DNA of 64,000 nucleotides, from positions 144,460,001 to 144,524,000 of the forward strand of contig OX597816.1 of the NCBI GenBank assembly GCA_951406725.2, given 5' to 3'. This DNA comes from Octopus vulgaris. Taxonomy: Eukaryota. Positions 1 to 13,100 of this stretch are shown here, in pieces. The notes under the pieces were generated by a model that saw nothing but the letters and a program-made list of their open reading frames with translations, had not been told where the DNA came from and ran no database searches. The translations under genes and the position numbers were made by a program. Each line of letters begins with the position of its first letter. The first letter of the stretch is position 1.

Positions 1-784
1 ATAATTTTTGTCTGTTTTTCAAAGCACTGTGAATCTGTCGATTGTTATTGTTCTTTTATTCTCTCCATTGCTTTTTGACTACAAACGTCCTCTATACACT
101 TTTAAAGGAATTAAAAAATATTGCATAGCATACCTATAACGCATAAGGTCTGTTTATTTGGGGGGAAAATTTAGCTGCTAAACTGAGAGGAGTTAAACAA
201 TTTATTGTGTAATATACATATAAAACCCTTAGTGTTTTTTACTGATAAAGTTTGAGCAGATTAAAAAGCATTTCTTCTATCACATAATTCCTTTTCCTAT
301 TGTGCAATTTAGTAGTTAAATCTTTCCTGAATTCTTTCATGGTCATATGTCTTAAGGGTTAAAGAAATGCAGACTGGTAACTGAGTGATAGACATAATCC
401 ATTACTTAGTTTAACACTGCCACTGGTTGTTGGATGCTGTAAGCATTTGACCCTGGCTTCTAGTCTCCCCACTAATTACAGCACAAACATAAGGTTAAGG
501 GTCTCGTCTCTCCTTATCTCATTTAAAAACTCTAAAGACAAACTAGTCATAACTAAAAATATGAGTTGAATGCTTTACTTCATCGACCATGTTCTAGTTG
601 AGAAACCATTCTATTGAGGACTATATAACAAGGTGACAAATCAATGAAAGTCACTACTTAGTCATTCACCCTTTAAAAAATACATGATACTGAACTTTCT
701 AGAATTAGCAACTAAATGTCCCTTGAAATACACACAACTATCTTATGTTCTATAAAGCATTGAATAGCATACATGTTTTCTGCT

Positions 785-1865
785 TATCATCATCACTGTC
801 GTCTGCCTTCCATGTTGGCATGGGTGGGATGGTTTGACAGGGACTGGGCAGGCAGAATCCTGCATCAAACTTCTGTGTCTGTTTTGGCACGGTTTTTATG
901 GTTGGATGCCCTTCCTAACGCCAACCACCCAGCAGAGTAGACAGTGTTTTTTACGTGGCACAAGCACTGTCGAGGTTAGTTTGGCAAGGTTTTCATAGCT
1001 GGATGCCTTTCCAAATGTTAACCACTTTCCAGTATGGACTGGATGCTTTTAAACTGGCTCCTGCACTGACAGGGTCACCAGGTAACTTGCAAGGCAAAAT
1101 CTTTTGAGAGAGGAGGGGCCATTGGAGGAGGTGATCTTGTGACAGAGAGACAGAAACAGGTGTCTTGTTGTATAGGAGATACAAAGTTACTTGACCAGAC
1201 AGAGAGAGAGATATCAGGAACGAGGACAGAAACAGGTGTGCTGCTGTAAAGGGGATACATGGTTTACTCAACCTGAGGGAAGAGTATGAGGTGGAGAGAA
1301 AGAGCATACTCACAAGGGATGAGGATCAGAATATAAATGGGATGGTCGAGTAAAAGAAGAGAGAGATGGTGGAAAGTGCCAGGGTATATCCTTGAAGTTC
1401 GAAGGTCGTCATACAAGTGACAGGACATTGCCAAAGAAGCATGAGCAGAGAGTGGGAAAAGGGAATGCAGTGAGTGATGAAAACCTGGGTATATAGAAGT
1501 GGAAGCTACCAGAGAGCAATGAAACAGAGAAACAGGGCCATGGGGACAGGATTGGGAAGATGTAAGCATAGTGAATGAAGGAGGAAACGAGAGGAAGAGA
1601 AGAGATGTAGTTTGGTTTGTTGGTGTAGGGTGTGTAAAAAGTTTTCTTATTACATGTGGGTGGAACATACAGCACTTCTAGAATTCAGTTTTGCTGACGT
1701 GGGTCTCCTCAAGAACCTCATATCGCCAGACATCTCAGTCTATTGTCATTTCCTCCGTGAGGCCCAACATCCTGAGATCAGCCCTTACCATTTCATCCCA
1801 TGTCTTCCTGGGTCTCCCTCTTCACGGGTACCACCCATTTTCAATGATCTGCACTTTAAGCAACT
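785..1865 (-). mobile_element. Old RTE LINE 3' fragment with a long purine/pyrimidine-skewed 3' UTR
   Basis: Degenerate RPRKTWDEMVRADLRMLGLTEEM...VWRY at about 1700-1815, plus the shared RTE terminal sequence and (GAT)n tail at about 785-960. Confidence 0.8.
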
Positions 1866-1954
1866 GTCCTTATTTTGCTTACACACACACGCACACACAC
1901 ACACACACACATTGAATCATCTCATAAATAATGCAGTTTTTTCAATAGTATGAA

Positions 1955-4900
1955 CTAAAAGTGGGAGGGGGATGGGATAAACGACCTGCATCAACTTGCT
2001 ATAGAAGCAGGGAGAAATCAAGACTCTCAATAGATAGTATAAGAAAGCTCCTGATGATGAAAGGGAAGGCATCAAGAACTTGACTGACAAAACAACTTCT
2101 AGAACATTTGAACAGACTTAGGACAGAAAGCACTTTTGCTATATCAGGTCCATACTAATATTTATCAAGAACCCATTTAGGTACACCTAAGTATTGTTGG
2201 GAAAGACCAAATCAGAGAGACTGATCAGTCCAGAGAAGATGTAGAAGTGTTTTTGAGGGTAGTAGTCCACAAGAACAACCTGAAAAAAAAACCCAAGCCC
2301 TTGATGTCAACCTAAATGTCAAAAGAAGCAAAGATGACTGTGGTCCGGCTAGAACGGGCAAATGTGTCTGGATCAATTCATCATGTGCTCATATACAATG
2401 GGGTACCCTAAAGAAACCAGGATTTTGCAATATTATTTTATTCACTTACTTTTACATGTTTATACTTTTATTATATTCAAAGTATTCTCTATTTGAAGCA
2501 ATGCATTGGTCCAGATGTGCTTTCCACTGTTCGAAGCAGTCCTGGAACTCTTGTGAAGTGATGCCTTTTAACACCTCTGCCTTTTCTTTTTTTTTTTACC
2601 TATTCTACATCTGCAAAACATTTTCCTTTAAGGAGTTTTTTCATCCAAGGGAACTAAAAAAAAGTTACAGATAGCAAGAGCGGGTGAATAGGGAGGGTGG
2701 GTAAGCGGAGTCATGCCATTTTTGGTTAAAACCGTCTCACACTCAAGGCAGTGAGCACAGGTGCATTGTCATGATGAAATCCCCACATTCCACAGGTCAG
2801 AGCATTTTTGTCTCACAAATGCTTCAGAACTTCCAAGTAAAATGTCTTAACAGTTTCACCAGGAGGAACAAATTCTGTGTGGAAAATTCCTTTCACATTG
2901 ATGAAACAAATCAGCATCATCTTGATATTGGACTTCACTTGATGCATTTTTTTGGTGACATTAAATGCTACCATTGACTTGTTTGCTGCTTCATGTCCAG
3001 GTCGTAGCCATAACACCAGCTTTTGTCACCAGTGATGACCTTCGGAAAAAGGTCTGGATCAACTTCCAATTGTTCTTTGTTCCCGACACACATTTAGTAG
3101 TGACTACTTTTGATCTTCTGTGAGCAAGTGAGGCACAAATTTTGCTGCAACTCTTTTCATTCACAATTCATTGCTCGAAATTCGTTGGCTGGAGTTCCAA
3201 GATATACAGGTCATAACAAGTTTGTCAATTGTTTGGCGACAGTCCTCCAAGATCAGTTCAAGAATTTTCGTGATGTCGCTTGAAGACCAACCTCATTCAG
3301 GATGACTGTCAACCTTCCAAAAGAATGAAAACAAATGACCATTCCTAAAGCATGAAAACCATTCATAAAAACTTGTGTTTTGCTCATGGTAAGCTGTTTG
3401 AAGCATGACAACTGTTTAGGTTGCTATTTTCCTCAGCAGAAAACAGAATTTCATGGAAGCCTGATGTTCCTTCATTTCAGCCATCACAAAACTTGAATAA
3501 AAATCATCAAAAAAAGAAAAAAACTGATGAACAATCGATACACTGCAAAACAAAGACTCACTACATGGCAGCAGGGCTTCAAAGAGGACCCCAGTTGGCA
3601 GACTGATGCCTGAGGGTCACATCAAGTGGCTTCTAATGGTGGAAGTCTGAATTACAGAGAATGCCCCACAGAGAATATTTCTGGTTACTTTTGGGTACCC
3701 CAACGTATGCAGCTCTTGAAACTACCATATAATCACACATCCAGGGAATGATCACCAGCTACTTTGGAGCTATCCGATTATATTTCAAAGCAGCTTGCTT
3801 TACAGCTCAGTGGCAGGACCTGGAAAAAGGAATTCTAACTGGTTGCACAATTTACCCCATCCTTTTAATCACAGGAATGAATTTCCTTATAACAGTTGCT
3901 GATAAAGGAGCTGAAGGACCAGAAAGGAAATCAGGCAGCTAACAACATTTAATGAGTTTCATGGATGACCTTACAAGGACAACCTCAATGCATATGTAGG
4001 TAGAATGAGTGTCAGCTTCATTTAAACAAATGACAAATTTGGGTAAGAAATCTAGGTGTATGGTGACCAGGAGAGGCAAATAAACAAAGTCAAGCTACAA
4101 GTGCTAGGAGAGGTTATTCCATTAACAGAGAAAAATCCAATCAAGTGCCTTGGTGAGTGGTCTGACAATTCACCCCCTGACAGCGATGTCACCAAGACTG
4201 CAAGCAGCTGAGGAGAATTGAAGTATCAGGGCTTCCAGACATGGCTCTGCTAACATGGTACAGTATTCCAATGACAAGAATAGAAAGAGTGGAGTGGAAA
4301 GTAAACAACCAGGTGACTAGGTGTCCCTCTAAGCTTCACTTCAATAAACCTCTGCCAAAGATCTGGACAATCTAACTTACTCTGTCACCTGCAGTGGAGA
4401 AATTCAAGATCACAAAATATAGAGTTATAATGGTGCACAGGGACTCCTAGGATAAGCATGTCAGATATGCAGGTAACACAAGATCTGGGTGAAAGTGGGT
4501 GGCCAGCAACACAGTCATTGTGCAGGTTGAAAACTTACTTTTTCTATGTAACATCACTGGGATTACATGCAGAAGATAGCAGGGTTTTGGCTCTTCCATT
4601 TTTTACAATGGAAGAAGATGGATATCAATGAGAAGAGGGCCATGATCCAGGTAGAAGTATGGAACCAGGAAGAAGGGTGAGATCTGGCATAAGAATGTAA
4701 GTGCGCCAAGTACAAGAGTCTTCTACAAGATTTCAAGGAAAAGAGAAGGCAGTCATGGCTTTTCCCAGTCAAGGTTGTCTGTAAGGGATCCATTACCCAG
4801 TTGGCATGAAGGATGCTTACAACCACTGGAATGAGAAGAAAAATGTGAGGAGTGGCTGTACACAGGATGGGAGAGACAATAGAAATAGTATCTTGCTGGT

Positions 4901-5060
4901 TATGGAGCAAGGGAAAGAAGTTAAGATGGAAACCAGGAGATAAGCAGTGATTTGGCCACCTTTGCTGATCCACCAACAGGAGGGTGTTATGATTCAGTGT
5001 TGAAATACCTGATGATTGTTGGATACTGTTTGATGGCATCAATTTCTCCTAGCCAAAGCT
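1955..5060 (+). mobile_element. Degenerate HERO-like (R2-group, restriction-like endonuclease) non-LTR retrotransposon, interrupted by a mariner
   Basis: Fragments WQDLEKGILTGCTIYPILL and FMDDLT (RT), and KYKSLL...WLFPVKVVCKG...SCWLWSK (RLE-like C terminus); many stops and frameshifts. Confidence 0.65.
2396..3705 (-). mobile_element. Full-length degenerate mariner DNA transposon
   Basis: About 30 bp imperfect TIRs (caatggggtaccctaaagaaaccag / ctggttacttttgggtaccccaacg), TA on both sides, 1310 bp. Transposase remnants ITGDKSWCYGYD and MLICFINVKGIFHTEFVPPGETV. Confidence 0.9.
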
Positions 5061-5150
5061 CCAACCTTCTTCTAGGTGATATCAATAACATAAATCTATG
5101 TACAGATACATGCACATACATTTAACAATACAAAAAATTATTGAAAAAGC

Positions 5151-5156
5151 TTTATT
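5151..5156 (-). terminator. Candidate polyadenylation signal AATAAA of the galectin
   Basis: tttatt on the + strand, about 225 nt downstream of the stop codon. Confidence 0.55.
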
Positions 5157-5379
5157 GAATTTAGCACCCTTTTTTTTTTTTTTGCATTATGTAGTTAATA
5201 ACAAATTACAACCATTTTGTCTTTTTTTAATAGAATATAAATTGAGTTATTAAAGCTAATATTTCAGGTAATTTGTAATTTCAAAAACATATTTTGCCAG
5301 TTTCACATTTTTATGTTCAAAAATTGTACATGTATTTAGTATGAAACTAAAACTAAAAAGTTTATGAAGCCAAACAGGT

Positions 5380-5493
5380 TTAATAAAATTGTGGATGGAA
5401 GAAGTGAGCATCTCCAGAAAGTTCCAAAGTCTTGGCACAGTCAAAAGACAGTCGGTGAGCAAAATCAGTCAAGTAGTTTCCATTCACATAAAT
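5380..5493 (-). CDS. Galectin CRD4 exon c, terminal (IYVNGNYLTDFAHRLSFDCAKTLELSGDAHFFHPQFY*)
   Basis: ttttcag acceptor; VNG..F.HRL..GD pattern; TAA stop. Confidence 0.94.
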   Translation of the reverse strand: MYVNGNYLTDFAHRLSFDCAKTLELSGDAHFFHPQFY

Positions 5494-6543
5494 CTGAAAA
5501 CAGAAAGGAAAACAGATAAAAAAACTATTAAAAAGAAAACAATGAAACAACTGCCAAGCTTTAGAAACTGTTTTCTTTTTATTAGCAATAACAGAAGTAA
5601 AGGAATTTATTTTATATCACAATTAGTTAGCAACATCATCATAGGTTATAGATTCCATATTTGATGCAGAACAAACACCTCAAGGAACTTTGTTTATTGA
5701 TCATTATTTTAGTTTCCTTACCTATATTTTCATCCACCAATGACATATAATGGTGAATAATATATAAATATGCCTGTGGCCATTTGCCAGCCTCGTCTGG
5801 CACCTGTGCCGGTGGCACGTAAAAAGCACCCACTACACTCATGGAGTGGTTGGCGTTAGTAAGGGCATCCAGCCGTAGAAACATTGCCAGATCAGACTGG
5901 GCCTGGTGCAGCCTTCTGGCTTCCCAGACCCCATTTGCACCATCCAACCCATGCCAGCATGGAAAGCGGATGCTAAACGATGATGATGATATAGATACAT
6001 ACCATATATTTACATACATTTACAACATATCTATAATGAGCTTCTGCAGAGTTTCCATCAACCACAAAACATCTACACAAAAGTATTGGTTAGCTTGAGA
6101 CCATTGATAGAAGACACTTTCCTACAGTGTTGTATGATGAGATTCAATCTAGAACTATGTGGTGCAAAGTGAATATTTTAACCAAACAGTCATCCTTACA
6201 TCCACTGCCTTTGTCGATTAAGTAGGGCATATAGCTGGAACAACTAGTTTATTAGATTGGTAATTTACTATATGAAGTGTTTGTACACATAGAATAGCCA
6301 AATAGTTAAGTTTTTACTTCATGCTCACAAGGTCCAGGGTTGATCCCACTGCATGATATCCTGAGCAAGTGTTATTTTTCTATAGCCTCAAGTCAACCTA
6401 TACCATGTGAATAAAATTAGGCAGAGGGGAAACTGCATAAATGTCTGTCAGATGGATTGTAATTCAAAGGACAATCCTTGTTGAAAATTTAATAAAGAAA
6501 GGACATACGAATATAAAAAAAAAAGTGAAATAAAGAATATTAC

Positions 6544-6736
6544 CTTGAAAGATTCTTCTTGGCAACCTATAAGAAGCTCGAATGGTTCAGAACCCATAAA
6601 AGGGAAGAAATCTGAAGTTCTTTCTTCCTCACCCCATTCACCATCAGAGTAGTGATTTAATACTACTTGTTCTTCACTTAGACGAGGATTAAGATGCAGG
6701 AGAATATCATCATCACACTTCAAGTTAATAGCAAGT
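6544..6736 (-). CDS. Galectin CRD4 exon b (LAINL...LLHLNPRLSEEQVVLNHYSDGEWGEEER...SFK)
   Basis: 193 bp, tttttcag/GTAATA; complete motif. Confidence 0.95.
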
Positions 6737-6786
6737 CTGAAAAAACAAATTTCACTTTAGATATTTTCTCAATATTATTACAATCA

Positions 6787-7041
6787 GAGTAAAGACTTTT
6801 TGCCAACATAACATGGCAGTCCTGGTTTAGGATGAATGTTGCTATAATTTAGCCCCAGGCGACATCATCTCCAGTTGGATATACGACACGATCAATGTCC
6901 TTATATTTTCAAACAAGAACACATATAAGGACACAGATTGTGTTTTATAGCCAGCTGGAGACGATATCTCCTGGGGCTAAATTACTGCAACATTCGTCCT
7001 AAACCAGGACTGCTGTGTTATGTTGGCAAAAATCTTTACTC
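6787..7041. repeat. Long palindromic insertion (about 120 bp arms, about 16 nt loop)
   Basis: gagtaaagactttttgccaacataac... is the reverse complement of ...gttatgttggcaaaaatctttactc. Confidence 0.9.
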
Positions 7042-7154
7042 CAAAGTACTGTTGCTGAATATCTCTCGTTGTGAGATTTACAAATAGTAATTTTCTAATA
7101 TTGTTACAATCATTATCATTGTCATTGCTTTTGAATCTGCTTTTTCTATGCTAG

Positions 7155-7198
<44 letters not shown>

Positions 7199-7849
7199 CG
7201 CACATGTTCTTACACGTGTGCATGTATGTTTATGCATGCTTATTATAACTGAAATCTAAAACTTGGTGATTCTTCTACAAATGTTGATAATTGAACTGTT
7301 AACACAGAATGTATATTTGGTTTTCCCATAATCAGATGAGTGTCCTGATTTTGCAGAAATGATAAAGCACTAGATAAACATCTTGAAACTATAAACTCAT
7401 TTCGATATTATTTGGTGTTCAAATCATTTATGTCTCTAGATTTAATAAACACCACTGTTATACACTACAAATGAGGACACACACACACAACCCTTAAAAT
7501 AATAGTTCCTCACCTTTGACCACACTGATCCATATTTGTAAACCATCTATGACCATTGTTTGTTAGATCACAGTATTTCTACTTTTCCTGATTTTTTTGT
7601 TAACTTTTAAGTGTTGTGGTTCTCATGTCTAACAATTTATCATATAATATATTCATGAAGAATTTACAGTTTGTCAAATATTTGAAAACTAAAAGATTTT
7701 GTATTTGTGGCTCTTTCAGAATTATATTCTGGCCAAATTTGGATAATGACTCACATGCTGGGAAAATACTACTCAAAAAGAACAGATTGTTCCCAAACAA
7801 AAGAAGCTGATATTAGTGGATAACATTTTGTGTTGTTTCAGAACTATAC

Positions 7850-7938
7850 CTTTCAGCATGTTTCCTCACGGAACCACCAATTTTGATCCAGCGATCCACA
7901 GCCAATGTGCCTGGCAACCTCTCAATATGAGGGACTTC
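7850..7938 (-). CDS. Galectin CRD4 exon a (EVPHIERLPGTLAVDRWIKIGGSVRKHAER)
   Basis: 89 bp, AG/GTATAG, phase 0 to 2. Confidence 0.92.
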
Positions 7939-10127
7939 CTTTAATAAAAAGTAAAAATTAATAAAAAATAAAATTATACATATCTAAAACTAAAGGAGGA
8001 GAAAAGTTTAAAAACCTTGCAGTCGTTTGACAAAGAGTGATTGTTTTATCATTGGAATGTTTTCACGAATCATCATAAATGTTGATTTATATTTTTTTTG
8101 TATTTTGACAAAAAAGTATCTATCATATTCTTGGATAGAATATTATTAAACTAGATTGAAAGTTAAGGTTTCACAGATATTACATTAAGGACTTTTGTGG
8201 TGAATTGACAGCGTTATTAAGGCATCAGATAACCTTATGGCACTGTTCTGGCTCTCTGCTCTTCAAGTTCAAATCTCAAAGTTAACTTTTCCTTTCATCT
8301 TTTGGGGTTGGATAAATATAGTACCAGCCATGTACTGGATTGATATTTTTTTCTCTTTCTGTCTGTCTGCCTTTCTAGGAGAAATCACTGTGTCCACATC
8401 TGGAGAAGAATAGGTTTCACCAAACCTAAAAATGTCAAAGACACACTTTATGTCTTAATGGTGTGCCTGTATGACTCCACAAGGAGATGAGGGCCCAAGA
8501 CAAGGCTAACAAATATCATCAAATTAAAGAGGAAATTAATTTTCTTTTGCTTTTCCAAACAATATAACTAGAAAATAGTCAATTGTTGAGGTCCATCTTC
8601 AAGTTAATCCTAACTAAGCAGTCCTATATTGCACAAGTAGATGAGCAACTGGCTAGACACAATCCATAGATCTGTATTTCTAGTTATATCTGAAATTCTC
8701 ATCTAAGGCTCTGCAACATTCTAGGGAACTACAAAGACGAACTGGGGGTATTACAAACACTTCCCATTCTCAGTAAAAAGAAAACCCAAACATAACAGGA
8801 ACAGAAAGTGGAAATCATATATATATATAAATTAAATATTTATTTTGATTTTTGAGTTAAAGGAATTACAAGAATAAATGAACTCCCTTGAACTCCAACT
8901 TTTACACAATTTATTTGACATTTTGAGACTGTCAATGTTGTGGAAATGTTTGTTTATGTTTCAGACTGCAGTTCAGTCAAATTAATGGATTTATTTATTG
9001 TAACAAAGGAGATTAACTCAGTGAATGAAGGTGATGAAGTAGTATCAATCATGCCTAAAATCCTAGTAGTTCAAACAAAGAAACATCAAGGCAGGAAGAT
9101 TAGGCAATATTTTGGTACTTATTTATTGCTTGATTTCATTTATTGTGAGGAAGAGAATTCACTCTCAAAGTATGTCATTTCTGGGGAGAAACTAAGTCAT
9201 GAGGTAATGGTTCCAAGCATGTTACAGTACCAATTTCAAATCATTTGCCAGGAAAATCATGACTATTTCCTTAAGCTTTCCTCTTAAAAAACAAGGGCTC
9301 TACTTTCACTAAAAACATCAGAAAAGTGGGTGGTAGCTAGCTTTATTGCTTCAGAATAGATTCTCAAGAAATTAAAGTCCACAACATGCAAGAAAAGATG
9401 ATGTCACTTTCAAATGATATAAAATGTGTGTTGAGAGATCAGCAGACATAAAATAATAATATTAATAATATTTATACTGTTATTTAATTGGATTTATTAA
9501 CCTCTTCAAAGAGATTACATACCCAACCGATTTTTGTTCCTCAAGGAACTTAAAATAATTACCCTTGATAAAGATATTTGTGAAATTGTAGGCTTGTACT
9601 TCATAGCCCATAGAATATCTTTGAATAACTGTATTGAAGTTTGTTCTTATGGTTCTCCCAATATGAATGATGTTTTCAAAGGTTTTGTAACACTAATAAA
9701 TATGAACCTGACACATCTTTAAAATAAGAACTACATACTCAATAATAATACCTGTCATACATACAGAGATCTACTGATTTTGTGTATGCAATGACAACCC
9801 TGGTAAGGTTTGAACTTATGAGAGTAAAGAGTTTCTATATGGTTACTGTCTGGAAGAAATAGCAGCCAAATCTACCACAAACATATATACTGCCCAGCTA
9901 CAATCTATAAAAACCTTTAATCTGCTGATAAAGAATGGCCCATTGAAATAATAGGGAATTGGATGCACTAGCATTATCTAAAAATAAAATACGATGGTTT
10001 TGGCTGGAATGTCTGAACGTAAATCAACTTAATCAGCAAAAATCTGGGCTAAGCAGCAAGAGTTGATAAGAACAACTGCTCCAACAATATGTAACCATTT
10101 ATTTTCAAGAATATCTTCAGTTGTTTA

Positions 10128-10651
10128 TAGTGATTCTCAACTATTTTTTGCCTATGGACCCCTTTGATTTTTATTTTACTCATATGGGTCTGCATTATCA
10201 TCATCATGATTGCTTAATGTTTGTCTTCCAAGCAGGCATGGGCGGGATGATTTGACAGGAGCAGGCCAGGCAGAAGCCTGCACCAGACTTCTGCAACTGT
10301 TCTGGCAGGATTTTTACAGCTGGATGCCCTTCCTAACACTAACCACTCAGCAGAGTGGACTTAGTGATTTTTACATGGGACAAGCACAAATGAGGTCAGT
10401 TTTGACAAGACCTACCACTTTACAATGTGGACTGGGTGCTTTTAAGTGGTACCTGCACTGACAAGGTCATCAAGTACTTGCAAGTCAAAAAGAAAAAAAT
10501 GTTAAACAAAATATTATGAAGATTTATATAAAACAATGTTAAGGTATTTCTTGTATTGTAGAAGTATAACCAATTTATAGTACATAAACTTTAACAACCA
10601 AATCTTATATGGACCCCTAAGGGTCATGTGGACCTTGGTTGAGAACCACTA
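10128..10651. mobile_element. hAT-type MITE with a nested RTE 3' fragment (about 10195-10490)
   Basis: TIRs tagtgattctcaac / gttgagaaccacta and internal atggacccc motifs; no clear TSD. Confidence 0.65.
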
Positions 10652-10776
10652 ATCTATGATAATGTACATAAGACAGCATTAAAAAGTATATCCCTTTATT
10701 TCAATGTCAATCCTAAGCCTGAAATCATTAGTTTATAGATTTACTCTGTTTCACTCATTTCCAATTTACTTTTTAA

Positions 10777-10997
10777 CCCTTTCGTTACCAACCTGGCTGA
10801 AACCGAATCTAGCTCTGAGTACAAAGGTCTTGTTTTCATAAGTTTTGAATTAAAATCTTCCACCAAACCTTCGTCACAATTTATATTCCTAACACTAGCT
10901 GAATGATATCTAAGTTATTTTACTAAATTCTATGTTATATTTAAGATTAATTGAAAGAAACACAGAGCATCTCAAAATAGATACAGTAACGAAAGGG
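10777..10997. mobile_element. piggyBac-type MITE
   Basis: TTAA TSD on both sides; TIR ccctttcgttac / gtaacgaaaggg. Confidence 0.88.
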
Positions 10998-11538
10998 TTA
11001 AACAATGTGTGCAACCATTTTTCTGTGATAGTGTTATAATTTCAAGTATTTCATTGATTCTGATATTAACCATTCAGCTGCAACTGGCACCATAAATACG
11101 CTGAAATAAATTCATCATGGCATAAAAAGTGTAGCTTCTTTAGGTGAATGTTTAAGTGCTGTAGCACTTCTTTTAATCCTTTTGATGCCAGCAAGCTCAA
11201 GACTGTTACTTATTCTATCATTCAAAATAATGTATTAGTATTCTTTTGAAAAAAATTAAAAACTTCCACCATCCATTTTTATAAAATCATTAAATTTCAA
11301 ACACCAGCTTAACAATAGCAAATGTAGTTATTTTACTAAATCCCTCCAAATTCTTGGCAATTTCAGCATTGAATGAAACAGACACTGAATTTCGTTTGAA
11401 ATGTCGACACAAAAGATTTATATGATAGCTTTCACTCTCTAGTTTCAAATTTTAATCTCACTGCTGGTGTACATCATAATTTACATATCGAAAAAGTGAG
11501 AGAAAGAAAGTAAATAAATATTAGCTGAAAGGTCTTAC

Positions 11539-11658
11539 CACACGACGAAGAAGTTGCATATTATAGATATATACTTCTCCAGTATAAGAAATACTGTTGA
11601 TACTTTCAACTGGTTTTCGAGCGTGGAATGATGCATATGACTTTTCATTTATATAAAT
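11539..11658 (-). CDS. Galectin CRD3 exon c (IYINEKSYASFHARKPVESINSISYTGEVYIYNMQLLRRV)
   Basis: 120 bp, ttttgtag/GTAAGA. Confidence 0.92.
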
Positions 11659-11940
11659 CTACAAAAGAGAGACAGGGAGTTAAGAATTATCTATAAATAT
11701 TATGACAGAAAGCATTTTGTTCAATACAAGAATATCTATTTCCTAGATAACTGCATAAAGTTATTGCAATTTTTAAATTTTTAGATAACACTTTCAATGT
11801 AGCAATCATCAACTTTGTGACTGACATTTTTAAGATACAGAAAAATTTCTTCTTTAAACACAGTGCACTTGTCCCTTAAGCATTTGTATTAGAAAGGTTG
11901 TCTTTTTATGCTGTTAGCTTAGTTGCACTACTAATTTCCC

Positions 11941-12130
11941 TGCCTGTCCCCTTGCACAGCAAGCTTGGCTGCCTGGCCCTTTGCACAGCTAGCTTGGCTG
12001 CCTGACCCTTTGCACAGCTAGCTTGGCTGCCTGACCCTTTGCACAGCTAGCTTGGCTGCCTGTCCCCTTGCACAGCTAGATTGGTTGCCTGTCTCCTTGC
12101 ACAGCTAGCTTGACTGCTCGTCCCTTTGCA
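11941..12130. repeat. 29-bp minisatellite, about 6.5 copies (tgcctgwccctttgcacagctagcttggc)
   Basis: Direct tandem units visible in the intron between CRD3 exons b and c. Confidence 0.92.
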
Positions 12131-12249
12131 TAAAGTAAGGGAAATAAAGATATTCCCCATATATGTAAATATATATTTTAGTATTTTCTCAAAGTTTGGA
12201 AGTTTCTCTGCTTTGCTTTTTAATCACCCTGAGATCAAAGAAGCCTTAC

Positions 12250-12442
12250 CTTTAGTTTGTCTTCTTTCACTCTAATCTTCATTTCAAAAGGAATACCCTC
12301 CAATAAACCAACAGGCAATGGATGTCGTTCTTCTTCGCCCCACTCCCCATCGGTATAAGAGTTCAAAACCATTTCACCCTGATCTCGTCTTGGATTGAGA
12401 TGGAGAGGGACTTCATTACCACTTTTCAGATTAACCGCAAAC
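12250..12442 (-). CDS. Galectin CRD3 exon b (FAVNL...PLHLNPRRDQGEMVLNSYTDGEWGEEER...KLK)
   Basis: 193 bp, ttttatag/GTAAGG; complete motif. Confidence 0.95.
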
Positions 12443-12759
12443 CTATAAAATGTGTTGAAAAAAATAAAAAAGATTTTGTTTATCCATTTGATAACAAGTT
12501 TATGCTTTATTTTTCATGTTTTATTATCCTGAGAGATAGACAATGTTCATAGTCCTTATTAACACTTCTTTACTTGATTAGAACATCTGTATAATTGGGT
12601 AAAATTAAATTTGAGTAGTTTTGTATCTATGATCACAGCAGGGATAAGAAAAGAAATTCTAGAAGGCAGCATAGTAAAGAGTTGAGGAATTCAAGATAGT
12701 AGTTAGTGTCCGTTTTAACATACTTGTAGAGGGAAAGGTATAAAGTTGTGCCAATCATT

Positions 12760-13100
12760 ATGGCACTCTGTTGGTTATGGTGATGAGGGTTCCAGTTGCT
12801 CATGAAATTAACGTGCAAGTGGCTGAGCATTCCACAGACATGTGTACCCTATACGTAGTTTTTTGGGGAGATTCAGTATGACAAGGTTGGCCCTTTGAAA
12901 TACAGGTACAACAGAAACAGAAAGAGTGAGAGAAAGTTGTGGTGAAAGAGTACAGCAGGGGTTGCCACCACCCACTGCCAGAGCCTCATGGAGCTTTAGA
13001 TGTTTTCGCTCAGTAAACACAACTCCCGGTCTGAGAATCGAAACTGCGATCCTACTACCACAAGTCAGCTGCCCTAACCACTGGGCCATTGCACCTCCAC
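12760..13100 (-). mobile_element. tRNA-derived SINE (head B + tail X)
   Basis: A box tggcccagtgg and B-box-like gtttcgattc on the minus strand. Head shared with the 55459 copy, tail shared with the 18992 copy. Confidence 0.8.

Noticed and set aside
8900-9750. Possible hAT transposase remnant (TYFESEFSS on the minus strand)
   Set aside because: Only one weak motif and no TIRs found; too degenerate to support.
11941-12130. 29-bp repeats as a CRISPR array
   Set aside because: The units are contiguous with no unique spacers, the context is a eukaryotic intron, and there are no cas genes.
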